A stretch of 64,000 bases of DNA from Dendrobates tinctorius (lineage: Eukaryota): NCBI RefSeq assembly GCF_039654945.1, contig NW_027361707.1, positions 43,958,001 through 44,022,000 of the forward strand, read 5' to 3'. This document shows positions 12,505 to 31,404 of this stretch, in pieces. The position numbers and the translations under genes were made by a program. Each line of letters opens with the position of its first letter. The stretch's first letter is position 1. The notes below the pieces were generated by a model. It was not told the DNA's origin, did not search any database, and worked only from the letters and a program-made list of their open reading frames with translations.

Positions 12505-12747
12505 ACACTTAACATTATGGCTGGTCCATACAATCAGGGCAACTGTTACCACCCACCTTTCGTGTCTACCTCTTTCCTCATAGACTGTAAGCTTGCGAGC
12601 AGGGCCCTCATTCCTCTTGGTATTTGTTATAATCTATGTGATTATTGTTATGCTGTAATGTCTACTGTCTGTACAAATGCCCTCTGAAATGTAAAGTGCT
12701 GCGGAATATGTCGGCGCTATAGAAATAAAATGTATTATTATTATTAT
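12505..12747 (+). mobile_element. short L2 3'-end insertion within the ERV
   Basis: near-identical to the L2 3' UTR at 50078-50322, with an (ATT)n tail. Confidence 0.85.
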
Positions 12748-12810
12748 GGCTGATACTGTGTTATCAGTCATGGCTGTTGCGGCGCACCCATCCCCCCTGT
12801 ATACTACAAT

Positions 12811-13250
12811 TTACAAATAACAATTTTTTGATGACAGTGGTGATCTTTTGAAGGTAGCCATGTGCTTGGCTTCAACATCTTCATCAAGTAACCTTTTGAG
12901 ATCGGTGTAGAGAAGAGCAGTGGTGACGATGTCTTTGGTATCATCATTAGCTGTCCTAGTACAGAATTTCCTAATATATACAGAAATACACCAAAGAACA
13001 AGTTTTAGTATCACATATGCAACAAGGATACAGGCAACAATGTGTAACAAGCTCTGTAAGATCCCAGCTATCCAGCCCCCAATTCCCTTAAATCAATTGG
13101 CTGGATTGAGAAAGGAGAAGGTGTCTGACCACCAACTGTCCTTAGTACGATCATTGTCTTTATCATATTGATCTCTGAGTCTTTGAATATCTTCTAACTT
13201 TAACTTCTACCAATAATAATAATATGGAAAATGTGGAAACCCAAAACATT
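12811..13250 (-). pseudogene. env: ERV env remnant (signal peptide joined to the TM anchor)
   Basis: MFWVSTFSILLLLV... followed directly by WWSDTFSFLNPAN*FKGIGGWIAGILQSLLHIVACILVAYVILKLVLWCI; ectodomain deleted. Confidence 0.7.
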
Positions 13251-14220
13251 ATGCCCCCTTGTTTTCTATTGGCTTGTTTGACCAGCTTGCAGTGCGATGC
13301 GTGGATCCAAGTCGGTCTTCCTTCTAGTTTCACTGATATAGGGGTGATGAGGAGGACTTGATAGGGACCATCATACAAGGGTTCTAGTCCGTGCTTTCTG
13401 ACATGCCTTTTCACGACTACCAAATCACCAGGCTTCAGGTTATGACAGGTGTTGGATTCTGCTGAATCTGGAAAAGAAGAAGAAACTAGAGCATGGGTGT
13501 TAGCAAGATTTTTACTAAGCTGAATAACATATTGAACAGCACGGTCAGTTTCTTCTGATAACTGCTGAGGCTGGAAATTTGCAACTGGGGGCCTAGCACC
13601 AAACAATATCTCATATGGGGACAAGCCATGTTTTGCAATAGGGGTAGTATGAATGTGGTATAGTACAATGGGTAGGAACTCTGGCCATGGAGCCGTAGTC
13701 TCCTGCAACATTTTGGTCAATTGTCCCTTCAGTGTGCCATTCAACCTCTCAACTTTCCCACTGGATTGTGGGTGGTACGGAGTATGGAGGGCTACAGTGG
13801 ATCCAAGCATTGTCAGAACTTCTTGGTACACATGAGAAGAAAAGGCCGGGCCTTGATCACTTTCAACAACTTCTGGAACCCCGTACCTACATATGATTTT
13901 CATCACCAGTTTCTTCGTTGTGGTTTTTGCAGTCATGTTGGTAACAGAGAATGCTTCCGGCCAACTGGAGAACATGTCAGCAACAACCAAACAGTATTCA
14001 TACCTTCCAGACTTAGGTAATGTAATATGGTCCACCTGGTTCCCTTGTAAAGGATAGTCGGGCTTAGCAACATATTTCGGAAGTGCACGTTGAAGTTGAC
14101 CGGGATTGCAAGTCTGACAGATATTACAGGCACGGTTGAGCGCTGTCAAAACTGTGGAAATTCCCGGACCCCAGTAGAATTTTTGCACCAGTGCGAGGGC
14201 CTGATTCTTTCCTTGATATA
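13163..14220 (-). pseudogene. pol: ERV integrase
   Basis: CNIC zinc finger half, QVDHI, ESDQGPAF, QSSGKVERLNG, GPYQV, WIHASHCK. Confidence 0.93.
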
Positions 14221-14222
14221 TA

Positions 14223-15854
<1,632 letters not shown>

Positions 15855-15856
15855 TA

Positions 15857-17955
15857 GGCCCATGTGGCAATAGCAGGGTACATTCGCTTAGGGAGATATA
15901 CGAGTTGGTCCTTTTTCCAGAGACCATTATCCATTCGTGCCCCATCAGTCTTCCATTGCTTCACCTCTTCCTTTGGAGACATTCTCTGCATCGTCATTAA
16001 TCGGTCTCGCGGGGTCCGACAGAAAACTTCAGTCTGTTGTAGATCATCAGGTTCTTGTAGGGTCAATGCTTCTTGTAACTGTTTATGCTGAGAGCGTGTG
16101 GTCACCATAGCTGGTATGGTTGGTTCAACGGGTAGAAGAGCAGCGGCTTTGCTTGCATATCCGCAACTGCGTTGCCAATAGTCTGTGGACTGTTCCTAGG
16201 ACCGTGCGCCTTAACTTTGATAATGGCCACCTGAGTAGGTAATTTGATCGAGTCCATGAGGGTTTTAACAGCTTCAGCATTTTTCACTGGGGTCCCAGTA
16301 GTAGTAATAAACCCTCAATTGGCCCATAGAGCCCCAAAATCATGAGCAATACCAAATGCATACCGTGAGTCCGTGTATATATTAGCCCGTCTGTTCTTGG
16401 CCAAAGTACATGCAGTAGACAGAGCCTGGAGTTCTGCTTCTTGTGCCGACTGTGAAGGCGGGAGTGCAGCTGCGTGCACTACAGTGTCCTCTGTGGTAAC
16501 AGCATACCCCGTGTAGAATCTACCAAACTCATCAGCATATCTTGAACCATCCGTGTATAACACCAGATCAGGATTTGGAAGTGGATTCTCACTGACATTT
16601 GGTGGAGTAGCTGTTTCTTCAGTCAGAGGTTGGGAACAATCATGTTGGAGATAATCCTCATCACTGCCATCTTTCTTGGGGACCGGCAGTAAAGTAGCGG
16701 GGTTGATTGTATTACAGCGATGCAACTTGACATAATCAGGCAAAAGGAGTGAACACTGCAGCCGTAAGTGTCGTTGCACAGTCAAATGTCTTGGTTGCTG
16801 AAGTGTCAGTATTGCTGCAATGTCATGCGGGGCAAAAATGTGCGTTTCATATCCAAGAATTATGTCTGCAGTCTTGTCAAGCAACGAATGAGTGGCGTGA
16901 ACTGCCCTCATGCAACTTGGTGATGCTCGGGCCACTGGGTCGAGGCGGGCCGAATAATAGCCCACTGGTCGTTGCCTATTGCCATGTGATTGTGTAAGTA
17001 CCCCTGATGCATGCCCTTCATTCTCAGACACATACAAATGGAACGGTCGAGTATAGTCCGGGATGCCCAAGGCAGGGGCGGAAGCAATGAGCCGCTTTAA
17101 CTCAGAAAAAGCACGATGGAGGCTTTCCATACAAACCGGTGATCTTTCCTTATAGCTCATTATACAGTCTTTCAAGGCGTTGTAAAGGGGTTGCATTATG
17201 CGGGATGCATCAGGTATCCACTGACGACAATAAGTACATAGTCCAAGAAAACGCTGGAGTTCAGTTTCATCATTTGGGAAAGGAAGGGAGCTGACAGCTA
17301 TTTTTCTTTCTTCTGTGAGGTGTCTGACACCCTGAAGAAGACAGTGACCCAAGAATATTACTTGACCAAGGCAGAACTGAAGTTTCGAGGCCGAAACCCG
17401 ACAGTTCAGTGCTGCGAGATACTTGAGGAGACTAACAGTGGCAGCAATCGCTTCCTGCTCCGTTCATGCACACAACAAAAGATCATCCACATATTGAAAC
17501 AGTGTAACCTGGGGGTGATCTAACTGCCAGGGCAAAAGATACTCGTTCATATTTTTTTCAAACTGGATGGGACTGTTTTGGGTCCCTTGTGGCATAACTG
17601 TCCATGTTAACTGTCGTCCCTGATAAGTGAATGCAAACAGAAACTGGCAATCTGGGTGTAACGGAATGCTAAAGAAGGCATTGGTAAGGTCGATGACAGT
17701 AAACCAAGCAGCATCCTGGGGTATTTGGGACAGAAGAGTATGTGGATTAGGCACCACTGGAGTTTCCAGAACAGTAGCTGCATTGACTGCCCGTAGATCT
17801 TGTACCAGCCGATACACAGAGGGCTGGCCAGGTGGGGTCTTTTTCTTAACAGGAAACAAGGGCGTATTACATGGAAAAACACATGATACCAGAGCACCAT
17901 TATCAAGTAACGTTTGTATTTGTTCCTGGAGACCCTGCTCCTGATTATATTTCAA
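15857..17955 (-). pseudogene. pol: ERV pol: reverse transcriptase and RNase H (frameshifted)
   Basis: PCNTPLFPVKK, LVQDLRAVN, IDLTNAFF, MPQG, YVDDLL, RNase H YTDGS / AQEAEL / YTDSRY. Confidence 0.93.
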
Positions 17956-18057
17956 AGGATATTGATAGACTTTGGGAAAAGGGCACCAGATTTGAGAAAC
18001 ACTTTTACTGGTTCTACAGGCATTTTCCCTATATCAGTTGGCCCTTTTGACTAAAGT

Positions 18058-18504
18058 TTAGATGGTATCTCTGAGGTATGGGGTGAGTCGTTGATCCTCA
18101 GGCAATATTGGGGGTGGATCTGGGCCTATCAGGGTCATCATAACCGTGGGAAGGGCATGCAAAATACAGATTTCCTCACTGTCTTCATCTGCATAAGAAT
18201 TATGTAACGTAAGAACCATCTGACCATCATTTTGGATTTGTATTCTGGAGCGGAACTGTGATAATAAATCTGCCCCCAGTAAATTTACTGGACATGTGGG
18301 AGAGATTACGAACTTAGCAGTAACCTCGGGGAAGGGTCCCACAGGGATGGGTTTTGTAAGAGTATGTTTATTGGGTCTGCCATCTACTCCGATTAAAACA
18401 GCGGGGGTATGACAATCTGTCTGAAAGTGACCAAGTCGGCCACAGCGCCAGCATTGCAGACGAGAATTGGCACGGCGGATCTGGGGAGTAAGGTTCCCAG
18501 CCAT
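18058..18504 (-). pseudogene. gag-pro: ERV gag nucleocapsid fused to a partially deleted protease
   Basis: zinc knuckle CWRCGRLGHFQTDC, then IGVDG...CPVNLLGADLL; the catalytic DTG segment is missing. Confidence 0.8.
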
Positions 18505-19161
18505 AGGATTGGAAGAGATATTGGAGTAACGAAGCTGAATTTGTGTATGGTTGGAGCGCGGGAGCTGAATTTGCTGTGTGCCACTGATAAGGAAGAGCTA
18601 TCTGCCTGCAGCTGCGGTGGGGGCTGAGATTGGAGGGGGAAGCGGTGGGGGCGGTGGTGGGAGGGAGAGCTGGAGCAGCTGCTGGTTTGTTTTTTTTTGT
18701 TTTCTTTTCCTGCTGACACAGAGCGAGCTAGATTCTTCTGAAAACTTTTTTTTTTTTTTCCTACTTTTAATGCATCGTTCGGGGTCTCTCTGGCACATTA
18801 CTCTGTTACTTTCTCATACCACAGTCACTTTCTTGCACCACAGAACATCCAGTCCTTGCCATAATAATAGACAATTTTTCCTTCTTCAATATAGCAATAA
18901 CAGAAACAACCAGAATTCACTTCCTCTGTTCTTCCTAACACCTTCGTTACACAATTCATGTGCCAAACCACGAAATTATTATTTTCTTCCACGGATTCTC
19001 ACCTTTAGAGCTAAATATCCTTACTTCAGTTGTGCACAGTACTGGAGTGGCAGTTTCAGTTTGTTCCACAGGGTCTATCGCCCTCTGGGATGCCCAAAAT
19101 TCAGTGAAAGGAGGAGGGCGTCTCAGACTATCCCTCCGGACACCTCTGGTTATATAAATAA

Positions 19162-19165
<4 letters not shown>

Positions 19166-19224
<59 letters not shown>

Positions 19225-19229
19225 TATAT
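19166..19229. repeat. (TA)n microsatellite in the ERV leader/gag region
   Basis: visible TA run. Confidence 0.9.
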
Positions 19230-19631
19230 ACCTGAGTTGCGTATCCTACCCAATCTTCGATGACCTCACCACGCCTGATTCTAACAGTGATCTGGATTTC
19301 AGGATATTTTGACTATAAAGAGAGTCACAATCACTGATCAATCCGGGTGTCCGTCCCTTATGAGGTACGGTTCGAACACTGGGCCCCCAACGGGACTGCA
19401 CCTCTATATGATTCCACCCAAGAATCACCCCACCATCAAGGACAAACCTCAGATCCTCTTTGCAGCAACAAGCACAGGAAAACCACACCAACGGTCAGTC
19501 TGAACAGTATAACTGCCAACTTACCGTGGTTGTTGTGGGGGATGATCAGTCCCAGTTTTCCAGCACCTGTGTCCGGTCCGAAGGTCCTTTGTCTTGTTGT
19601 CCTCCGGGGGCAGACCCGTCCCTATTCGGGG

Positions 19632-19651
19632 GCCCCCACATTGGGCAGCCA
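19632..19651 (-). promoter_or_regulatory. primer binding site, tRNA-Lys(CUU)-like
   Basis: TGGCTGCCCAATGTGGGGGC versus canonical Lys1,2 PBS TGGCGCCCAACGTGGGGC; 2 nt from the LTR. Confidence 0.75.
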
Positions 19652-19653
19652 GC

Positions 19654-20160
19654 TGAAAAGGTAGCTATTTAGGGAGGGCTAAATTCACGGTTGACCAACA
19701 GTTCACGGTTGACCAAGTGATTTCCAAATTAATCCACAGAGTGTTGCTAGCAAGTGCAACTGGAATGACCAGACGAAGATGTGTCTCTGTATGGGAGGAT
19801 CAAAGGAGATCGCTAACCCCGTTTATTATGCCACCTCTTTTATAGTATTTTGCTTAATTATGCAAAGTACCCAGTTACCAATAGCATCGTCGTGACACAT
19901 TTTACTTTATAAGCCAATAGTATTGCAAGAAAATCGGATTACGTCCCTAGTTACGTGGCGTAGAGAATAGAACAATAGCACATTCATCAGGGTCTCATGT
20001 CTTCTATCTTGTGCAAGCTTGAACAGTATGGTTTTATAACAGCTGCGAACTTTCACCTAGTTACAAAATTTAACTCGTAAACAACAAAATGGCATCGCAA
20101 GCACAAAAATGGAGGTCTGGAGAACAAGATATCCCGTACAACTGAATACTGTACTTCACA
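19654..20160 (-). repeat. ERV 5' LTR
   Basis: TG...CA termini; direct repeat of 11935-12416; followed on the minus strand by the PBS. Confidence 0.92.
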
Positions 20161-22116
20161 GTAGGCTGAGACAAGAGAGGAGATGTAGGGTGGTGCTGAG
20201 CCATGGAGAGCTTTCTGGGTGAGGGTAATAAGTTTATACTGAATTCTGGAGTGGATGGGTATCCAGTGTAATGACTGGCACAAGGTAGAGGCATCGGTGT
20301 AACGATTAGTGAGGAATATGATCCTAGCTGCAGCATTCAGGACAGATTGGATAGGGGAGAGTTTGATAAGAGGGAGACCGATTAGTAGAGAGTTACAATA
20401 GTCCAGACGAGAATGAATAAGAGAAACAGAGTTTTTGCAGTCGAAAGTAAGGAAGGGTCGAATTCTAGAAATATTTTTGAGGTGCAGATAACAAGAGCGA
20501 GCCAAAGATTGGATGTGGGGGGCGAATGAAAGCTCTGAATCAAGTATGACCCCAAGACAGTGGGCATGTTGCTGGGGAGTAATGCGATCACTTGTGTTGA
20601 GCGAAGCCACTCACGTCTAGTCGGAATGTGACCAGTAGTATGCAGATCGCGTACGTGCAGTCATGTGACCGCTAACTCTCTTCGCTGGCATCGGAGAATC
20701 CTAACCATGCAGAGTATGAGGTTTCAAAGGTCTGCAATCACATAGTGACTGCAGATTTCCATCACAAACCTGGACAAACCCCTCTTATGTGTTGGAGCAG
20801 GACCAAGCTCCTGACCAGAACTTTCACTCGATGAGGAGTTCTGGCCCCTTGGGCAGCCTGGAAGTAAGGAGATTGCAGAGTTGTGCGCTGCTCAAGAGAG
20901 AGCTTGAGAATACCTATGTAAAGTGTAATCCATTTTGTAGCCAGCTCTAAACAGTGCAACCCAAATGCTATAGAAAGCCAGTGGTGCAGACATTTTTAAT
21001 GAAATGCAGCTGCAAAAAATGATTTTTATCCTAATTTACATGCATTTAATTAAAAAAAAAAAGTCCTCAAAGGTGGACAAATCACACTTTGTTCACTCCT
21101 GTTCTATTGATTGCTCCATGTGGATCTCTGTTACAGTCATTGGCCTTGGTGCACCATTGATATACTGCACAAACATATTCAGGGGTCCTCAGTATTAGTT
21201 CTGTGGGGGTCCAACACTCGGCACCCCCACTAATCATCTGTTTGCAGCTCCTGCCGGATGTACTCAGTTTACAGAGCTGGAGCAGCACGGCTCTGTGAAC
21301 CGATAGTCTTTCTCCGGGGCTGCAGATCAGCAATTATTGAAATAGGAGCTGAGCACCCGCGAATGACCACTCCACGGTGTAGGAGCTGTGCCGTTACGCA
21401 TCAGGAGCTGCCTGTAGGTGGGGGTCCCAGCTGTCAGGCCCCCACCGATCTGATATTGACCTATGCTAGGGATAAGTCCTCGATGTCTGAGTCCCGGACA
21501 GTCCCTTTAAGCCGTGCCGTTACCTTCCTATATAACACTCCTGAGCCATGATCTAGTAGTAATATATTTATAGCTCGGTACATTATTGTTTTTCGCAGCA
21601 ATCTGGAAAGCAGAGCCATCACATTCGTCTCATATCTAAATCGCACAAGTGATTGCCATTTACCATCGGCAGAACGTCCCTGCATCTGTCAGCACAGTTT
21701 AGTGGCTGGGAAGCTGCCGCGGAGTAATTATCGTGAGGTGTCGGCCATCGCAGGATTCATCCTGTCCCATCACAAGCACTTTCTCTAGCTGTCAGGCGCT
21801 GCCGTGTCTGGCTGAGTGCTGCTCTCTGTGTGTCCATGTTATCTCCCCGGAGAATCGCATTAATGCTTCTCTTTTCTCAATGAGCGAATGTAAATGGTGT
21901 CATGTAAGTGCCGTGTATCCGCGCGTGATCTGTGCTGCGTCTCATACAGCGGTTGTCGGAAACCGGCGCCTTCTTTATCAAGTCTTCCTTTTTCAGAGCT
22001 TGTTTTGGTTTATTATGTGATGTCTCCTCATTGTCGTGTCACTGGGTAAGAGAAGGAGCGGTGTGGTTAATGGAGGAACTGGGATGGCACGTTATTTGTG
22101 TCTTCACCATGTAAAG

Positions 22117-22985
22117 AGGCAGCACTATCTGTGCCGATATCATTTACAGGCAATACTCTACATGTATCTACAGAATTTGCATTGAAGCAGTACTATCTGT
22201 ACATATTTAATTTACAGGGAGGCAGTACTATATATGTATCTACCTAATTTACTGCAAGAGATGGGGAGCAAGCACTATCTGTGCCAACATATTTTACAGG
22301 GAGACAGCACTATATTTATATAATTTACAGGCAGTCAGCACTATCTTTGGCTACATAATTTTCAGGAAGGCAGTACTATTTGTGTTTCTACATAAATTGT
22401 TGGAGAAGAAAATGGGACAGCACAATCTGTAAACCTATACACTACCGTTCAAAAGTATAGGGTCACTTAGAAATCTCTTTATTTTTGTAAGAAAAGCACA
22501 GTTTTTTCCAAATACACTCTATACATTGTTAATGTGATAAATGACTATTCTAGCTGCAAACGTCTTTTTTTTAATGCAATATCTTCATAGATGTATAGAG
22601 GCCCATTTCCAACAACCATCACTCCAGTGTTCTTATGGTACTTTGTGTTTGCTAACTGTGTAAGAAGGCTAATGGATGGTTAGAATACCGTTGAAAACCC
22701 TTGTACAAGTATGTTAGCACAGCTGAAAACAGTTTGGCTGATTAGAGAAGCTGCAAACCTGACCTTCCTTTGAGCTAATTGAGAATCTCGAGCATTACAT
22801 TTGTTGGTTCCTTTAAACTGTCAAAATGCATATATAAATTACATGTAGGCAGTACTATATCTGTATCTACATTATTTACAGAGAGAGTCAGGGAGGCAGC
22901 TCTATCTGTGCTAAATAATTTGCAGAGGGGCAATGCAGTTTCTGATTACATTTTACAGTAACTGTGTCTACATTATTTAGAGGGA
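22117..22985. repeat. degenerate minisatellite (ggcagcactatctgtg...atttacag) with a Tc1 end fragment at 22440-22820
   Basis: recurring gcagtactatctgt / atttacagg motifs; same motif at 7685-7710 and 8055-8090. Confidence 0.6.
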
Positions 22986-23343
22986 GAAGAAGGACGACAG
23001 TCCTGTGTTTTCTCACCTCTTTTACACGGAGAGGCCAGAGAGCAGAAATGATTTTTTAAAGGCAAGGCTACATTGTATGGTAAGACATGCCCCTACACCC
23101 CACACACGGACGGTGGGCACCCCTGCTGCGTGCATCCTATAGAAAGTAGTGCAATGTTGGGGACACTGGTCAGCTACATGTGGATGGCCATGATTTTATT
23201 ATGACTTTTGTTCAGCAAAAAGCACAAATCCCGGAAACGTGAGCCTCTAGGTTTTGGGAACTCTGGCAGACGCCTGTAGACTGGGAACATTGTCTGAATC
23301 CGCCCCACGGCCAGCACCTGACCTGATAATTATCAATCCTTAA

Positions 23344-23553
<210 letters not shown>

Positions 23554-23829
23554 TAGATAATGTATTATTCCGCTAGATGACAAATCCAGCTCTGCTTCAT
23601 CTCTGTTACTTGTATAAGAAACGCCTGATTAAAATCCTTCCATCTGGATTGATGGTTTTCTCCCCATGAGATAAACCACAGAGAATACATTTGCCTATCT
23701 ATAAGGCTTTTCTGTAATAGATGATTGAGGTGCGAACAATTTCCTGCTGATATTTTAAACTTTTCTTTATAGGACTTCGCTTTACTGAACAGTGGGCCCC
23801 TGAAAATAAAGCAATCAGTGGGCAAAATA

Positions 23830-25445
<1,616 letters not shown>

Positions 25446-26804
25446 TGCTATTGTACTGTATGTCTATACAGTCACATACATCAGAGGTATGATCTAAAGG
25501 AAAATGTAAAATTACTCTACATGTGTTCTAGGAGGTTTTTTTTCCTCTCCCTCCTTCATAAAGGCACCAGATTATTTCAGTCTGTCTGGGACATAGCCTA
25601 GTATAAGAAATTCTCTCCCTCACTGCTATTTGCTCCAGAAACTCAGGCAGGTCTTAATCCCCCACAGGAAGTTTTATGAGTGTTCTTTTTTTCTGCCATT
25701 AATCTAATTAATGCGAACCTATCAGCAGGTATTTACTATTTAATCAGCGGCATAATGTAGGGGCATAGAGCCTTAAGCCCCCGTTACACACTGCGATATC
25801 GCTAGCAATATCGCTGTAAAGTCACCGATTTTGTGACGTTGCAGCGATATTGCTAGCGATATCGCTGCATGTGATACTTACCTCCGACCGGCTCCCCCGC
25901 TGGTTATCGCTGATCGCGCGAGAAGCTGCTGGACCATTCCTCGTCGTCCACTTCCTGCGGCGCTTCCTGTGGCGCCGACGAGCGACGCGTGGAGCCGGGC
26001 GGGAGGACGCAGGATCGCCGCGTCTGACAGGTAAGTAGCGATCCCCGTCCCCAGCGATGTCGCTAGTGAGATCTGCCTGAGTGGCAGCTCACTAGCGACC
26101 ACCTAGCGATTCACCAGCGATCCTGACCGCGTCATATCGCTGGTCGGGATCGCTGGAGAGTCGCTAGGTGTAACGGTACCCTTATTCCAACCAATGTGTC
26201 ACTTTCTCAGCAGCTTAGTGTAGTTTCAATAATATCAGTATTTTATCAACAGGAGATTATCTCTGCAGGACTAGATGTCACGTGCCAGGCAGTCCAGCTA
26301 ATCTGTGTAATCCTGCCCCTACCACTGATTGGCAGTGGTTTAGAAGCTGCCAATCAGGAGTGTGGGCAGGTTATACACAGCTCAGCATTCCTAGCACTAC
26401 ATCTGCAGCAGAGAAAACCGTGATTTTATCAAAACTTCAAGCAGCCAGGTAAATGATATATGGCTGGATTCGGGATCTCTGCCCCTACTTCATGCTGCTC
26501 TCAGATACCGGTTAAATATTGCATTCAATCTATAGATCCTCTGCTCACTGCAGAGCTGTAGATAGAAATATTTTTCTGTCCCGATTGTCAGGGAAGCAGG
26601 AGTGTACACCGGAAAGGCTGGAAGAGTCTGACCGTCCTGTCAGCTGCCAGAAGGTGAAGGAGACTTATTCCAACAATTACCAAGAAAAGGGAAGCAAAAA
26701 AAAAAAAAGAAACGTCAAACACATTTGGAATCTCATATTTAGCATAGAACTTGTGATGCAAGCATTGAATAACTGTTAATCCTGAGAGATTCATGTAATA
26801 TATA

Positions 26805-28752
<1,948 letters not shown>

Positions 28753-29490
28753 TGATGCCCATTATTGGTGTAGCTGATACTCAGGCTGGTATAGTACATA
28801 TCGGACTATTGGAGATCCTCCATCCCATCTGCCGTCTCACTAGGCATCTTCACTGGCTCTTTTTTAGGGAAACATGAAGTCCTGTTTTCCTAGGACAGTC
28901 CTTTTAGTTCCTTGCGATTTGGTTGAATATAAATAATTGATATTTTGTGCCATTATGTGAGAAATATTCAAGACTGAACACTTTTTCTGTCTTGATTGGA
29001 AAGATCCCGGTGTGTTTGTTTAGACTTATACATTATTGACACTCGTGTTGATGTTTTTGACACTTTAAGGGCCACAAATGTGAAGTAAGAAGGTTTTATA
29101 CAGTGAGCAGATTCAGCAAAGTTCACTTTTAAAGTGATTTTCTCATCTGCTTAATCATGTTCATGGTGACTTTATGTGAGAGACACAAAGTTTCCTCTGT
29201 CTGTCCCTCCACTACATTCAATAAAGGAAGAAAGGGAGAGTCCTTCCTAGCTGACAGGGACATCAGTGTTATACACCTGGAATGCCGCATTATGCACTAG
29301 GCTACTATACAAATGGAGTGTACATGAATTTGGAGTATACGTGAATTTTCATCCTCATTGGGCTTCTTTCAGGGGACCGAACAAGTGTTATTCCGATCAG
29401 GATTTCCTCGTAGCTATGCATTACTGTGCTTAATGGATATCATTGGGTGACGTGCTCACAGTGTCTTTTTCTGCATTTTATTTATATTAG

Positions 29491-29598
<108 letters not shown>

Positions 29599-30013
29599 TA
29601 GACCTTGTTGGTAAAGGCACAGCGCATGGGATGGCTCATCCATCGTTATCTTATGTCTCAGCACCTTATCAGTAGTTTCTTCTCTTGAGGACCATGCAGA
29701 TGCCTCCAGTGCAAGTAGTAGAGGGATTGTGACACAATATGCACATCACTATTATTCACCTAGACCCTGTATATCGAGGACTATGGGTAGCAGCTGCTGT
29801 CCTGTGCATTGGGTGGGAATACTAGGTACAGGTGTATAAATCACCGTTTTGAGAAACGGTGCTTTGGTGTGTACCGGGATCAAGCTGTGCCATCTACACT
29901 CTTTGCGCAGAACAGACTCCCGTCATAATATGGTAACTCACCAGGTGAGGTGGATTCACTATGCCAGGACAGAGCGAAGAACAGCAGAGATGGAAAGGCT
30001 AGACAGAATATGA

Positions 30014-30159
30014 AAAAAGAGAAATTCCAGCGCCAGAAATGGAAAATTAAAAATCCATTTTATTGTGCCAATGCATATTAAAATTCCAGCAGGTACAGCA
30101 TATCAGTCGGGTGACTGCAGAACAACGCGTTTCGACGCCTCAGGTCTTAATCATGTTCT
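30014..30159 (-). mobile_element. ~146 bp hammerhead-bearing mini retroelement (PLE pLTR-derived)
   Basis: 12 bp TSD GACAGAATATGA (30002-30013, 30160-30171); related copies at 35656-35800 and 36786-36930. Confidence 0.85.
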
Positions 30160-30160
30160 G
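30118..30160 (-). ncRNA. minimal type I hammerhead ribozyme, A3-U8 core variant
   Basis: minus strand: cagaac ATGATTA a gac ctgaggc gtc GAAA cgc GTT gttctg. Confidence 0.72.
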
Positions 30161-31030
30161 ACAGAATATGAGGCGTGGAACAGCAGGCTGGGTGTGCCGG
30201 AGGGCATCTCGGTCATGGAACGTCAAAGCTGGGTGTGAAGATGGTGGAATAGCCGATATGAGCTGCTAATGTAGACAGGCCCCATGGAATAGCTGAGTAC
30301 GTGGACAAGCACCTTGGAACAGCAGAACCGAGTGGAAGAACAGAATTAGGATATATTGTTAGGATGTATGCAACAGAGCAAGGTTTGTCTGGATGCACAT
30401 TTGGCTCAAGAATCAGCAGATCTTAGCGGAATGGTTTAGATGAGTTTGTCATGAGGCGCATGGTAGTCCTGGAGCCCAGTAGAGTTGTAGAGCTAAGCAC
30501 ACCTAACTATCTGATCACTCAGGTGGCCTAAAATGGTTTAAGCTGGTGCCATCAGAGGTGCACGCTAAGTTAGGTGTGTTACTATAAACTTTGTTCCGTC
30601 AGTACATTATGTAGCTTCGAGGTACTATGAATATGAGGGTCCATATTACAGAGGCATGGCACCCATAGAAATCCTTGTGGTTTTCCGGTCCCTCCATGTG
30701 TGTCTGCTTACATCAAGGCACACAGAAGTTCTTACAGATTAATATGGAGTCTGTGGAAAGAAAAAAGTCCTTTTGAATCCTGTATTTCAGACACATTCCT
30801 CTGGGGGGCACAATACCTTAGTAATGAACCATATGTTGGCACCAAGGGCGCCTACAGGTCTGTAAACGTGAAGTTCTGAGTGCCCCTGAACAGGCGCCTT
30901 TCATCGATTTTCCGTATGCATGAAGCCTCATGACAGAGCAATGAGAACAGTAGAAAACATTTTCCTTTTAATAGTTTTATTATTAAAATGTGAAGTTAAT
31001 TTTACCATTTCTTTGTTTTCTCCTGTACAG

Positions 31031-31087
31031 GAAAGTCTTGGAATAATCAAATCTAAGATACCAACCTACTGCTCTGTATACAGCTGA
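31031..31087 (+). CDS. PACRGL: PACRG-like protein, last coding exon
   Basis: tacag|GAA...TGA; ESLGIIKSKIPTYCSVYS*, matching the PACRGL C-terminus IIKSKIPTYCS. Confidence 0.95.
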   Translation, partial: ESLGIIKSKIPTYCSVYS

Positions 31088-31404
31088 AGGATAGATAACT
31101 GCTGCTCCAGAGAAATAATATCTGCCGCAATCCTGACGTCACCCTGGAGATTTTACATATACTCCTAATGTAACCAGCGCAAGAAAAACCAATGAAAGCC
31201 ATCTTTATTGATGCATTATTAAAAAAAAAATAGTTCATGACCATTTCATAAAATTTGCAGGACGTGACCCTACATGACATCAGGAATCAGCCCGAGACTA
31301 AAGGGGACACCTGGATGTAAATAATGTTCACCCGGCAAGGATAACATATACCGCACTATGGCGCTATGCGGCTTCTTGTAGTATGTGATTACTTTTTAGC
31401 CGGT

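Noticed and set aside
29728-30605. Possible solo LTR hosting the mini-element
   Set aside because: Composition is LTR-like, but I could not define TG..CA ends with a TSD.
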